A DNA stretch of 64,000 nt, taken from NCBI RefSeq assembly GCF_006345805.1, contig NC_042998.1, positions 172,174,001 to 172,238,000 on the forward strand, written 5' to 3'. This document shows positions 37,501 to 51,420 of this stretch, one piece after another. The DNA comes from Octopus sinensis. Taxonomy: Eukaryota. The notes beneath the pieces are model-generated. The model was not told the origin of the DNA and searched no databases. It saw nothing but the letters and a program-made list of their open reading frames with translations. A program made the position numbers and the translations under genes. The first letter of the stretch is position 1, and every line of letters starts with the position of its first letter.

Positions 37501-40500
37501 GCCATTCTAGCTGTCTTTCTCTCTTCTAAACTCTACTTAATGTCAGAAGCTGTGGCTTCTAATTCTTTGCCTTATCTAGTTTTATTTGAATCAATTAATA
37601 TTTATTTAAGCAGAGATAGCTGTATAAAAGTGAGTTCAGTGCAATTTGCCTTCATAACATTCAGTTTTCAATGAGAATTTTGCAGATTAGCATTTTGGTC
37701 TCTACCATTTATTGTTTTTTGTTTTCTGAAAAATGGTATGCAGAACAACAATACATTCATAACTCTTTTTTGTTTTCTGTAAGAGTACTTGGGTTGAGAA
37801 AGACAAAGCTATAAAATGCTTAGTTATAATAGCATAATTAAATTAATCTAATCACAGAGTATACTATGGTAATCATATGTGGGTTTTCATTGTTAATGCT
37901 GTGTGATATTAAATTTACAAAAATATTTTCCATATTAATAGAAATGTTTAAATTAATTTCCAGTTTGTTTTCAATATTTACATTATTTAATATTGTAGAC
38001 TCTGCAGAGTTATTGTGCAGGTGAAAAGCCTTTTGTTGTTTAATATATAATCTAGAGAAATGTTTTATTTTGTTATAGTGTAGGCAAATAACTTGTGAGG
38101 GCTTACATCCCATGCTAGCTTGGAAGCCAAATATTAAATGATTTTAGTTTTGTTTATATTTTGTATACTTTTTTCAACTTGTATTTTTGGACATTAGTTA
38201 TTTAGATGATGGTTTTTAGATCAAATCATATTTATATTTTCTTTAATAAAAGAGAGATTAAGTATCTGTTTACTATTAGAGTGAATGAAAGCTAATGATG
38301 GATAGTGAAAATGGGATTAAGCTCATAATGGGGTAAATAAATTGTCAAAATTCCATTGGTGAGGGTAAATGTCATAAAGCTTCATTCTCATTTCTCTAGC
38401 ACATAGCAAATATTAGAAATTTCTCTCTCTCCTTCAATTGAATATTAATCTATTTTAAGTAACATTGTAGACGAACTGTTATATAATCTACAACTTATGC
38501 ATGTAGGATTGTATATTTCTAGATCACTTTGAAAAACACCTTATAAACCCATGCACCAAAAATGTTATTTCTTAGACATTTCACATCTATATAAAGAGAC
38601 GGTAGTGTGGTTAACAGGCAAAATGCTGATAGTGTTCAATTTGAAGAACTCGTTTTATCTACCAAAGGCCATTTACATAATAAAAACCCACTTTCATGAA
38701 ATGGTACAGAACTTTAGCTCCAAGAATAGGGATATATCTCCCCACTGAGACAGTTGTCAAGGTTGCTGGTACTTCGGCATGACAATTTTTCTCATCTGGA
38801 GTGAAAACAAAATCATTGACTGTTAAAAAAATATGCAGTGTCCAACTGACATGTTCTGACTCCGATGTTTCAAATAAACTGAAGCACCATTAATGCTCAA
38901 TTGCAGATACTCTTCATGATAATAGAAAGTTTTGAAACCAATGATTCTGCCATTCTGGACCATCACTGCTTGTATGATCTTTAAACTTTGATAGCAAACC
39001 GACTTGAACAGTAGAACACTAGATAATTTCAGCAATGTGTACCTGTGGACGAGTGCTGTCAAGAATGATGACATGGTATATGGAAACAAACTGCTAATAA
39101 ACATTAAGTAGAATAAGTTACAATCTGCTAATAAACACTAAATAGAATAAGTTACTTGTTTGGAATTTCTGGTAATAGTCCTTTTCAAAGGAAAACTTGT
39201 ATTGAAAGAATCCCATTTTAGTTGCTTTGAAGTGCACTGAAGAACATACATGATGCACCACTACTAATTCCTTTGTAAAGGTGAACTAGTAATCTAATTC
39301 TTCAAAGTTCTTGGATTTTAATTACTTCTGCCAGTTCACTCACACACGCACACACACATTTTAGAAAAACAAGTAAGGAGTTGATATCCTCCATCATCAC
39401 TACAAGAATTGGAGACTGTTTTAGCTGAAGAATAGACAAAAATTCCTTTGGAAACACTTCAAAACTTTGTATGAGTCCATACCTCATAGAATTCAAGCTG
39501 TAATTACTGCCAAATGCAGTCCTACTCCATGTTAAATTAAATTTGTTTGAAATTTTAAGGGGTTTTCATTATTTTGTTCAATCCCTGTACTTAACATGAG
39601 AAATGTGAAATAGTACCATATAAAGTACTGGAGTAGATATGTTTAACTGAAATTCTTTAAGGCTACAATCCAATGATTGAGACCAGTAAAAGACAAAACT
39701 ACTGTATTTATTTATATATTTTGTTTTTGCTGGGTTTAAAATATATTGAATGATAATTAGATTTCAAAGTTGAATGGCAATTTATTGTTCAAGAGATTTT
39801 GCTTGGAGGATTTAAAGTGAACTAATTTGCACCGGAGGAATTGATATGGTTTATTTTCATTGTTGAATTTGTTGAAGAGAAACTTTATGGAGGTTCTAAA
39901 TTTTTGTCCCCAAATTTCTGCATAATTTTGGAATTTGTTTTGTTTTTTCAACTAATTTTTTATTTTTAAAATTCTCTTTGAAAACAGTCAAGATGTTTTT
40001 TAATAATTTTTGATTAGGAAACAAGTTACATGTTTGTAAGTCTTCATATAATTTATTTTTAAATATTAAATCACACTACTGCTGTATAGAATTTTTTTAT
40101 AGGTTAATATTTTGCATTGTAGGTCATACAAATGTTGTTTTTGGAACTTATTTAAACCACGAGACTCATTATTTCTTAATTTACTGTTATTAAAATGTTA
40201 AAGCAACTATGTTTTTTAAAATAGTCTTAATTATCAAAAGCCAAGAGAAATAAACTAAAAGCCTGGAAATAAGTGTACTTAACTGAATTTTTAAGGAGCA
40301 AAGAAAGAAGGCTGATTATCAGGATTTGAACTTGATAATATATGGATCATTATTTATTGTGCCATTTTCACTTCCATAAATGGTTTAATTATTGTGAAAA
40401 TTTATCTCAGACTAAGTCCATACTTTATTACCACTGGCAATTCTTCTAGCAGTCACAAAGAAATGTTAATTCTGGTGTACTGTTCACTTCTGTAAAATGA

Positions 40501-43500
40501 AAATAATTATAGAAATATTCAACTTGTTTTCTTTTTTCAGTAGGAAGCTTAAACTTTCTCCCTCTAGCACACACCCTTACTTATTGCATTTATTTTATTA
40601 GTTTTTCTAATTTATGAAATATAATTCTTTCCCAGTGTAGTAATTTTTTTCTCTCTAACATTTTTAATCTATTAGTATGATTTTCAATTTCCAACTTACA
40701 TTGTAGTTCATCTGTTTGGTAATATAGCAACATATCAGCAGTTGTATGTTTATAATCTTAGCTACTGTAGACTTTTAGTGATCAGATCATAGGTGAATAC
40801 AAGACATTTCAAATTCTGTTTAACACAAGATAGTAATAAAATACAAACCACTATGTATATGTTGTGTTTTAAATGACTATTTTATGACACTACCATGATG
40901 CAATCTCTTGATGAAATCAATTGCTAGACAAGTGTAACTCAGGAATGTGTGTGTATGTGTGAGTTACAAGTTAACAGCTACAGTTTTTTTTTTTTTATAA
41001 TTATAAATGAAATTAAATATTATACCTTCATAAACTTTCAAATAATATAAAAAAAAACCCCACCTACTCATAGGGCTTGCAATCTGTTATTTTGAGGTGA
41101 GGCCATGGTGCCCCATATATGACTAAAAGACTATCAGGTGGTGCTATTAAGTTATACATGGCCTGTGCCTATACTGGCCAAAACCTATCCAAGTTATTCC
41201 CTTTCTCACATCATATAGATACTATATCATTTTAAAGTATACTTTTCCACACATGCATGGGTCAGATGAGATTCTTTGAGGAAGATTTTCTATGGCAGGA
41301 TACTCTACCTGACACTGATCCTCACTTATTTCCACATACACACTGCTTCAAATCACTTTTATTTTGTTCTCCAGTTCCTTTATAAAGATTTTCAATTGAG
41401 AAATGTTGACCTATTTCATGATTAACAGATTTGTTTGGCTTTTGTTGTGCTCATGGAGCTTTTCCATCTCTTTGTAAAATGGTAGGTAGGGAGGTGAAGG
41501 AATTTGACTGTTCATTTATTAGGATTTCTAGTGGTTTCTCATTTAATCATCTTGCCGAAGTTATTTAGTTCTCTGTTGTAGGACTTAGCATGTTTTATAG
41601 CATCTCAAAAACATTCAGTGAAAATAGCCAATGTTGAATGCTATCACAAAATCCACCTTCACATGCAATTTCTGTTTACTCAAAATATAAAATGGTAGCT
41701 AATATATAACAGTAATTTAAACATGCTGCAGACTACTATATTTTCAATGAGAAAGCTACACGAGAAATGTCTTTGTAAAGAATAAATTCTTCATGCCCCC
41801 TTTCAAATTTCAAATTGTCTTAACTATATATAATCTGTTATATGACTCGAGGTTCAGTGCTATGCTTTAGCTGTTAGTAGTTTCAGCTTTGGACTAGTGG
41901 CATTTAATGTTTTAATGTAGAATTCAATTGAGAGAATTGACATATATCTTGTAGGAAATACGCAATGTCTGATTTCATATTTCAGTGGTTAGATGTTCTA
42001 AGGATAAAAGTGCTTTCAAACTGCTTCTTGAATCTTATTTTTGTTTATGACTGTTGAATTTAAGTTTAGGCCCACACAAATCCTCTTGTTCAGTGCTATG
42101 ATGAGATAATTGCTATGAGGTTCAAAATAGAAACCATGCTTTGCTTTGAAGACAGTTTTTCTTTTGATTCCTAATGATTTGGCCATTGGTAGAAGGAAGA
42201 GCGAGAAAGAAAATAGTGCAGTGTTTCTGACACTATATAAATAGGTTATTGGAGCTTACTCTCACCTAGAAGTCAGTCCAGCTTGAATGTTTCTTGATGA
42301 TAGATATGTATACAATAATTACTCAAAATTTCTGTTCTTTACAAAATTTTTCTTTTTAATCAACCGGAGTGATACAAAATTTATAGTTTCGTCTTTGTTT
42401 TTTTGCGATAAGCATTGGTTTACTTGAATACAGTTTGACACTTGGCCGTTCATCAACCAATATACATAAAGTTTTGTGCTGACCTCACACACACACATTC
42501 TGAGTCATTTTAATAAAGAGCTTCTTTCTTCGTCACCATTTGCTTCTTCTAGGAAGATAGAAGTACCATTGTTTGGGTTATTATTTATTTTTTCTATATT
42601 TCCTTTTTAGAGTTGTGCCTTAATGGGCTGGCATCCAAACTTGTACGCACGCACACACGCATACACACACTACACTAAGCATGATTTCTCTTCATGTTAG
42701 AAAGTTTGCCAGACAATTTGGTACGCAATTTGATCCAAGTAAAATTTTTTGGAAATTTTAAAATGTTCTGCAGAATCTCATTTATGTAGGAGTAATTCTG
42801 TCTTGCTGAGTAAAGAATTGTATGGGCACTTGTAATCTTTTCATTTATGTCTATCTAAATAAAATTCAGTTGACTTAGAAAAACAAATTGCCACTTTTGG
42901 TAGTCTAGTAGATTTTAATTGCTTTTGACTACATTTGTGCTTACCACCAAAGACTTCTATCTTCTGATTCCCAGGTAAATAACATTGGTAGCTTAAATAA
43001 TTTCCAAAATACATAAAAAAAAATGTGAGGAAAAGGTTTTCAAAATAAAGAGTTTCCATTTCAGTTAAGAGTTTTGTATACCAATGTAGCAAAATTATTA
43101 TTTGTAACTGAATTTAGATGAAGTGTGGAATAACAATGTCAGTTACAAATATCTGCATCATTGATCTGTGCATAAATTTCCTGCCTATATAGAATTCGTT
43201 GGTGATCTGGGATATTCATGTCAATGAAAAATAATTTGCTTGGTCATTGTTTCAGTTTTGAGCTGTTTATTTGGTAAAAAAAATTTTTCCAGAAGTTTGG
43301 CTAAAAAGCAATTTTAGCTTAGAAAGCAATAAAGGCAGTTTTTCCGTTTGTACGCTGTCAGTTTACACAATCTGTTTTATCATTTGTAGTCTTATTCACC
43401 TTGAGCTGGATATTGTCTGTATGGCTTAGAATGTATATCTATCGTTAAAATTTGCCATAATTTCTATGCATGAAAAGTGAGTGCAACCACTTTCCTGCTT

Positions 43501-44220
43501 GGGTGTTTAATTATATAGAAATTTGCAAAGACCATCCCATAATGCCATTAAAAAAATAAAGGAAGAAACTTTTTTTCTTTTTTGCTACCTAGATTAACTG
43601 TATTTATTCATTCAGGAATAATAATAAAAATGATGATGATAATAATTATAGTAATAATAATAATAATAATAATCCTTTCTGCTATTGGCACAAGGCCTGA
43701 AATTTTTATAGGGAGAGTGTTAGTAAATTACATTGATCCCAGTACTCAGCTGGTACTTTATTTATTGTCCCTGAAAGGATGAAGGACAAAATCGACCCCG
43801 GTGGTATTTGAACTTAGAACACAATGTTGGGAGAAATGCAGCTAGGCATTCTGTCAATGATTCTGCCCACTTGTTACTCATCATTTTAATGTCCACTGCC
43901 TCATGCTTGCATTGGTTAGACAGTTTGAGATAAATATTCAACAACCGGATGTCCTTCCTGTCACCAACCCTCAGCTGTTTCTAAACATGCTAATATTCCC
44001 CCATGGCCAGACTGTGTCACTCATTTACAACTATCACAGTGTCAAGGCAAGGATACCCAAATGTACTCACACTCACACATATTGGTAAGCCCAGCCCTGG
44101 GCTATAGTAGAAGACACTATTTTATATATCTCAAATAATAAAAGAAAATGTGCTTTTCCTTTACATTGCAGTTATGTTCTGTAAAAGGAATAACACATTT
44201 TCTTTTCCTATTTTTCTTAA

Positions 44221-44253
<33 letters not shown>

Positions 44254-46223
44254 ATGTATATATATATTTGTAAAGTGTATAATAATGGTACTTGTATTAT
44301 TTAAATATCTGAATAATGGAATATTATCTGAAAGATTTTGAACTTTAGAACTGTAAAATATTTGTTTACTGATTGGCCTATATAAGTACAAACTGTCTTA
44401 ATACTTTAAAGTCTGTTGTCTTCAAATCTAATTTTTGGCATAAACTAATCAGTTATGATTATGACTGATATATATGCCCATTACCTTTTTTCCATTTGCT
44501 GGAATTGCTTTTTTGTCTAAAAGGTAACTTGATATTCAAATTTTACCTTTTTTTATTGACCTTATTGGTGTGTTTTTAATGGTTTTTAATTTACTTTGCT
44601 ACAGTTTTCCTTTTAGGCAATCAATTTTAAAACTCCATTTGATTTTGATTATAAAATTACTATCATGTTTAAAATGCACTGTAGATGGCTTACATGACTC
44701 TTGCACGCCAGTCATCTATCTCTAGTTTCCTTAGCAACCACTATGAAGTGTCAGATTCTTTGAAAGACTTTCTGCAGGTTAACTAGTATTTAAGTAGTAG
44801 CATCTTCTTAGCTAAGTACTTATCTTGCAGTTTATTTCACTGGGAAGAGAGCATCATTTCCTCTTGGCACTATCAACCAGTAAACCATCTAGGCTAATTC
44901 TGTTCATGATCAGTTGTAGTTTAACTATTTTAGTAACTTTCGTCTTTTGTAGTAGCATTTCCATGCCTTTCTCCTCATGTTGGTGATGGCAAGTTCACTG
45001 ATGTTGTTCTGTACACACTTCTCCCTAATGCTGTCTTGATTCTTCTTTAAACACTTGATCTTCAATGCAGAACATGTGCAAACTTTTTTACTTTAACCTA
45101 GTACTGGTCTTTTCTTCTAGGTAAGCAATGCTCCTGAAACCTTGTATGAGTGACAGATCAGGTTTGTTACTTGTAGCATTTTGTCTTGAAGATAAGCAAA
45201 AGAGTTGATTACTGATTAACTGGCCTCACCTTATCAGCTGCTATCGATTAGTGGGCCACTGATTATTTATGATGTAATTATGTATAATGATATGAAAATA
45301 TGAGTTGTAATTAATTGTTGGTAATATTTCATTCATTACAGTTATGGTACTGTTTTTGAGAATATTTGATGACAGAATTAGGCTAATTTTTTTTTTACCC
45401 TAGTTTGTACTTTTTATTGCTTTGGAATTTTGTCATTCAACAGTACACCTCTGTATGCAACATGTCCCATGGTTTCTGTCTTGTTCAGTTGTGTGATTGT
45501 AAAACCAACATGCAGAGTTTGTGTAGTCATATTGGCATAAAGCCAAAACTGAAAAGTATTTTTAATTAACTGAATGTGCATAGAAGGCAACACTTAGCAT
45601 GTCTATAAACATATTAGTTATTAGCTATCTAAATATAACCTGCTCATTCTTTTGTACTCATGAGTTTGTTAAAGCTAGATCCCCAAGAGTAGTGCATTTC
45701 CTAGACTGGTTAGTAAGGATACTGTTGATTTAAGAGTTTAAATAATAGGAACCATTTATTAATGGGAAGTTTTTTAATACCTTTTAAATAAGCATGTAAT
45801 CACAATCCTTGATTTTTCTAAATGAATTCCATTTGAAAAAGTTAGTTGTAGGATAGTAGGATGGCGTTCTACTTTGATACCCTTTTACAAATTGGGAGAT
45901 ATACTTCCAGAGAAGTCCAGTTGCGTAGATCATGTTCAGACACTGGGATTACACTGATAGGCTTAGGAAATAATATTTTATGTATTTTTACATATGTTTT
46001 TCAGATTTCTCTGTCACTCATGGTTTTTGTGCTTATTAATAATAATAAACAACTAATAATATAAAACAATGGATGACTGATTAACAAAACCAATTAATTG
46101 ATGAAAAAGCTGATACTGATGCTCTGCCTATTGGTGCAACTCTAGTGGGAACTTATGGTTGTCTTGTAAGTTTCGCTCTCCTTCCTCATGTCATGAAGCA
46201 CTTGCTAGCAAGTACTTCTTTAA

Positions 46224-46439
46224 CCCTTTAGCATTCAGATTATTCTGTCAAAGGTAATGCTTATTTAATCTCATTATTTTGAATTAATCATATTTTGTCT
46301 TATAACATTCAGATTTTTATGAGGCAACTGTTAATTTTTAGACAATGTAGGGTAGTTGTGCCGGGCCACATCTGGCCAGTTTTAACATAAAACAAGTAGA
46401 ATATTTTGGCTGGATATGGCTGGTTTAAATGCTAAAGGG
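46224..46439 (+). mobile_element. piggyBac-type MITE, family 1 (best-preserved copy)
   Basis: TTAA|CCCTTTAGCATTCAGA ... TTTAAATGCTAAAGGG|TTAA. Confidence 0.9.
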
Positions 46440-47218
46440 TTAAACCTACATCTGGTCAGGAGGGTCTTTTGGTTTCCACATATTCTTTTGTTAAATCATC
46501 TTGTGTCTCTTAGTCCAGCTAGCTCTTATCCTCAGGTTGTTGCTCGGTACATTCTTCACAACCAGTTACCTGTTACTTAGCATGTAATTTATTTGGCTTG
46601 CATGTCCACCTTATTAGTAAGTGATCAGATGGCTGATACACTTCCTCTGTAATGTCTACCTTTTTCAATTTGGGTATACTTATCTACTTAAACATTAAAA
46701 TCCTTTCTATCTTGACTCCTACCATTACGAATGTTATCTAATACACTAATCTATATTAGATTCTCAAAATAAAATAAAAACAAAAAAAAAAACATTCTTC
46801 CCATTTTTAGTTATATTTTTGTCTTGTATTCTAAATGAAAAGAGCAAAGCTTGCTGAGTCTTCAACCTTGACCTCTTTCTAATATCTAACTGAATCTGTC
46901 ACCAAGAACCAGTATTTGGACTGACAGAGGCCTTATTTGATTTTTAAAATTCCAATTTTTATTCATATTGCATTTATTTATTTAGTGCTTTTTAAAAGAC
47001 TTTTGAAACCTAATGAGACAGGAATCATTGTAATCACTATAGACACATAATTACTTTGTGTGCGTACATGTTTTATGTATATGTGTGTATCTGTCTGTCT
47101 GTCAATGAACGCAGTAATTGTTTTTGGTACTGTTCCACCTTATTGATCCTCTTTAACTTTATGATTAATATAATTATTGCTGACTCTCTTACTGCTGCTA
47201 ATATTAGGGAAAAGCACT

Positions 47219-47810
47219 CAATGGTTCCCAAAATGGGTAGTACTGCCCTCCTGGTAATGATGGAAAGATTTGATGGTGGGGCATTGAAATAAAATAAAAT
47301 GGTGGGGCATTGAAATAAAATAAAATCCCTATTTATCAGTAATGAAGAAAAAAAATAGTGGGGGTTTCACTTTAGAATGACATTGAGCTGAACCCAAAGT
47401 TCAAAAAAATTCATAAGATGTACTTTATTGCCTTTCCAACATCAAACTTTGTAGAGTAGGACTTCAGTGCAGTTGCCCAGATTCTTTGTAAGCAAAGAAA
47501 CAGACTGAAGATTATTGAACACAGGGATATAAGACTATTTCTCAGTACCTTGAAGCTGGATGTCAAGAAGCTGATCCCCCCTCAGAACGTACATCCATTG
47601 CATGGAAAATATGAAAGAATGTAGTTACAAGTGAGATGTAAATTTACTCTTTCAAACAAAATAATGAGTTAATTAGGTGAAGATTTGTGAAATACAGTTA
47701 CTTTGAATTTGCAGTAGAAAGAGATCTATGCTTGTGGTAGTGGTGGGGGCACGAGGAACATGGTCTGGGTGCCAAGTGGGTGGCAGTCCGAAAAAGCTTG
47801 GGAACCACTG
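47219..47810. mobile_element. Possible hAT-type non-autonomous element
   Basis: Ends CAATGGTTCCCAA and TTGGGAACCACTG are inverted repeats resembling Charlie/hAT TIRs. The 8-bp flanks do not match. Contains a perfect 26-bp tandem duplication (47273-47324). Confidence 0.45.
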
Positions 47811-48990
47811 GTTTAGATGATATGGCTTTCTTTTGAAGCTTGGCTTCTATCCAAATCTAGAAAATATCAAACTAGCTAAGCAGCAGCATTACTTAATGTG
47901 TAAAGTAATTATTTGCTATTGCAAATTGCCATTGCAGCATTCTCTTCCAAGTTAACAAATTTGAATATCTTATAATATTGAACTATTTGTTATGGCAATA
48001 AACTATCATGTCCAGTGTTGCTGTGCGGATCTGAGAAGTAGCTTCTCTATGTTGAGGGCATGTTTCATGTGTTAATGTTAAATTATCTCAATCTATCATG
48101 AGAAAATAGATCAGTTATGCTTTCTGTAGAGTCAATTTGTTGATATTATTACCATTAAGAGAAAGTGTATGAAACAGTCAAGATTTTAGTTGAGCTGGTA
48201 TACACCCAGCAATGTCAGTGAAGCAAAAACTGTTAGTGTCATTGCATATAAGAGGAATGACACAGCTAGAGAGTGATTGAGGAGTGTTGGTGAGGCGAGG
48301 CCGGGCAATTAAGACCATAACCTTTGTTCCAAGAAGCAGTTACATGCATTTGTACATACATACACACAATCAAATTCAAATAATACTAAAGTATAAAATA
48401 TATTTTAATTGAATTTAAGATGAAAAGGGAACCCATCCCTTAACTTTGTTAGGTGAATTATACACTCACTACAGTGACCCCCATGTGGGCATCAGTGATT
48501 TTGAAGGCAAAAGCATTTTGTTTACAGTGTTTCCATAATTATTTCAGCATTATACTTCATAACTTTTTAAGGGCTACATTTTTATGGTAAAGTTTGAACT
48601 AGTGTCTGTTTTGTTATTTAAAATTAAAGACAGTGTCTGCTCATGGAAAAATGTATCTCTGAAGGTGTGTACATGCAGGTTGTGGAGAGAAAAAATGCAA
48701 TTGCCTGAGATTATGGTTGGAATGTCACAGTCTATGTTGTACATGAAACTGTCTAAATAATTTAAAATGCCTTTATTCTTCTAAGATAATTTTTCTTGCT
48801 TATCAAGGTGATAATTTAACAGAAACACAAATGTGTCAAGTTAAATGCTTTCAGGTATTTAGTTTCATTCTTCTATGTTCACAGTTCAAACTTTACTTTG
48901 CATTTTTTTAGGATTATTAAAATAATTGAATTAGTGTTCAGTAGGCAATCCAGTCGAATATTTCTTGTATAATGATACTTTTTCTCTATT

Positions 48991-49130
48991 TCATCATCAT
49001 CGTTTAACATCAGTTTTCCATGCTAGCATGGGTTTAATGGTTCAACCAGGGTCTGGGAAGCCAGGAGGCTGCACCAGATTCCAGTCTGATCTGGCATTGT
49101 TTTTACAGCTGGATGCCCTTCCTAACGCCA
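48991..49130 (-). mobile_element. Short RTE-related 3' end
   Basis: (TCA)n tail plus gtttaacatcagttttccatgctagcatggg...gctggatgcccttcctaacgcca. Confidence 0.75.
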
Positions 49131-50589
49131 TTCCTTGTTTAACAAAAATATATTTGTAATCTGCCTGAAGTGAAACTATAAACTTCTGTTAATGTTACTT
49201 AACTAAATTTTTTTTACTGTGTTTTGAAAATTATTAAATTTTTTTAACCCAATTAAGGAAACAAATGAGGAAGTTGTTAAATGTATTTTTTATTTTGCTT
49301 TCAAAAAATTAATCAATTGTCTGTTTAACTTAGAATTTTTAAACCTGAAATTAAAGAACTTGTAATTTGATTGCTGGTTTATAGCACTGTATGACCTATA
49401 GCTTTTATAGGTGCCTTGAAATTTGCAAGTGCTTCATTAAATAAAGACACAGAAGTACTTAATTGCTTGCACTCTTTTTGCCCTTGTCAATCTTTTTAGC
49501 TGCTACCAAATTTAAGTTTAAAGTTAGCTGTATTTTGTGACAGCATGTCTAATCTATTTCTGTATTTGCAGACCATAAATGCCATTTCATTGTCACTCAG
49601 GTGGAGCCATTATTTCCTTCAAGGTTTTTGTAGTAGCTTCCAGTTTGACATAGCAATATATGGCTTGTTTCTCACCAATTATTGCTTCTACTATTTTGAG
49701 AACAGTTTTATTTTCTAACAAGGGATGATTTCTAAGCAAAAGTTTTATTTGGCTGGTGAATTTTAATATCAATGTTTTTATCTATTGTTGGAACCTTTTA
49801 TTGCCCTTTATTTTTTAATTGGTTGTGGTTGAGTTTATATCTTTTTTCATATTGTGTAGTCCATTTGCTTAGCTGTATGTATTTCGGTCTCTTATCAAAC
49901 CTGTATCTTTATTTCTTTGTTAGAATGGTTTTTTTTATAACTTTGCATCACTGTACAGAAAGAGGGCTATACTTCTTTTGCTATATTTGAAAATAAAGGT
50001 GAATTCACATATTATTTATTAGGATTGCTGTAGGTCCTAAATACAATTTATTTGAATAATCAAAGCATAAAATGAAAATTTCTATTCAAACTTTATTTTC
50101 TCTATATGCAGGATGGGCATTAGGTTTTTGTGTGTATATGTGTGTTTGTACATGTATTCTAAGAACATGGTTGCTAGGTGTACTTTTTATTTACTTGAGT
50201 AGGCAAAACACAAAGTTCTTTGATTTTTTTTTTCCTGATCTGTAAGAAACAGTAAATTACCTTTCTTATAACTTGTTACATAAAACATTGCATTTATTAC
50301 TGTCCCACATCATGGAGAAGAATGAGTATAAATAAGTGTGACAACTGTTTGTGTTATAGAGCTGTGTTTCAACATGCACATACACTGTTATGATTGCCAT
50401 TTTGACATCCATTTTCCCAAGTTGGTAAAGATTGAACAGATCCACAGAATGACCTATCGTCACTCCTATTAGTTACAAATTTTAATTAATTTATTTTTTA
50501 ATGACTTGATTTAGTGTGTGAGAGTGTGCTCAAGGCCTTTGAAAGGCTTTTGAAATCCATGGGACTGACGTGGTTTGTTTATCTCAAAT

Positions 50590-51420
50590 AGCTGCAAGAT
50601 GATGGTTGTAAGCAAAAATGAGCAGAGGGGGAAGCCCAAAGGCCTATATTTTCAGGAGTTGCCTCGGCTGAGCTTTGGATATTGGGCACAGTGTTTTTTA
50701 GCCAAGAGTGCCTGAGTGAAGATGACATAAGATCGGTCATTTCTGAAAAGCTGAGGCCACTGTAGTAAGCAGTAGAAAGGTAGAGTAAAAAGACAGTACA
50801 ACTATGTGGAAGAGGTTGGAGGTATTAAGTGACTTCATGCCAATCATCATCAAAGAGTAGAAGCCATTAGTGGTAAGCTGGTTTACTTACTTCAGCAGTA
50901 TAATTAGTGGGGATGGTAGACTTACTCATTAACTAGAGTGTAGGATGAGTGAATAAGGCCAATTGGGCATTGGAAAGCAGACAGAAAGAGCAAGTAACTG
51001 TACAAACATCATGCAGGTGACAGTTCAAGTGAAGCATAGTGTACTGAGCAGTAGCATTACCCATCATATTTTACAGATCAGTGGCATAGGCTTTACACCA
51101 GAAGTGGGTTAAATAACTGCAAGCATTTATAAGATCTGAGGCAGATCAGGAATACTATAGAAAGACAAGATCAGGAGCATCATCCTCTTAAGACCAAACT
51201 ATGCTCCTTCAGCAATTAACAGATATTAGTGCGGCAAACTTTCTGTTGGCTAGGGTATGTCTAACGGATAGAGAAAATTTGGTTACCATGACATAGTTTA
51301 CTTGTAGCTGGCTAGTGGTATGAAACTAGGGTACATATCAGTTGTGACATAAGGTGTGGTTAAATGCAACATAAGGAGATTAAACATTGATATGCACATG
51401 TGGATCATACTAGCTCGTGA
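50590..51420 (-). mobile_element. Highly degenerate L2/CR1-group LINE RT remnant
   Basis: Minus-frame pieces LQPLPHSCTVFLL and YYSGLSFSEMTDLMSSSLRHS resemble the LQPLAHRR..SL.LFYRYYNG.CS.EL..L.P C-terminal motif. Many stops. Confidence 0.45.

Noticed and set aside
47273-47324. Perfect 26-bp tandem duplication (similar events at 8953 and ~39085)
   Set aside because: Ordinary slippage-type duplication with no sign of function.
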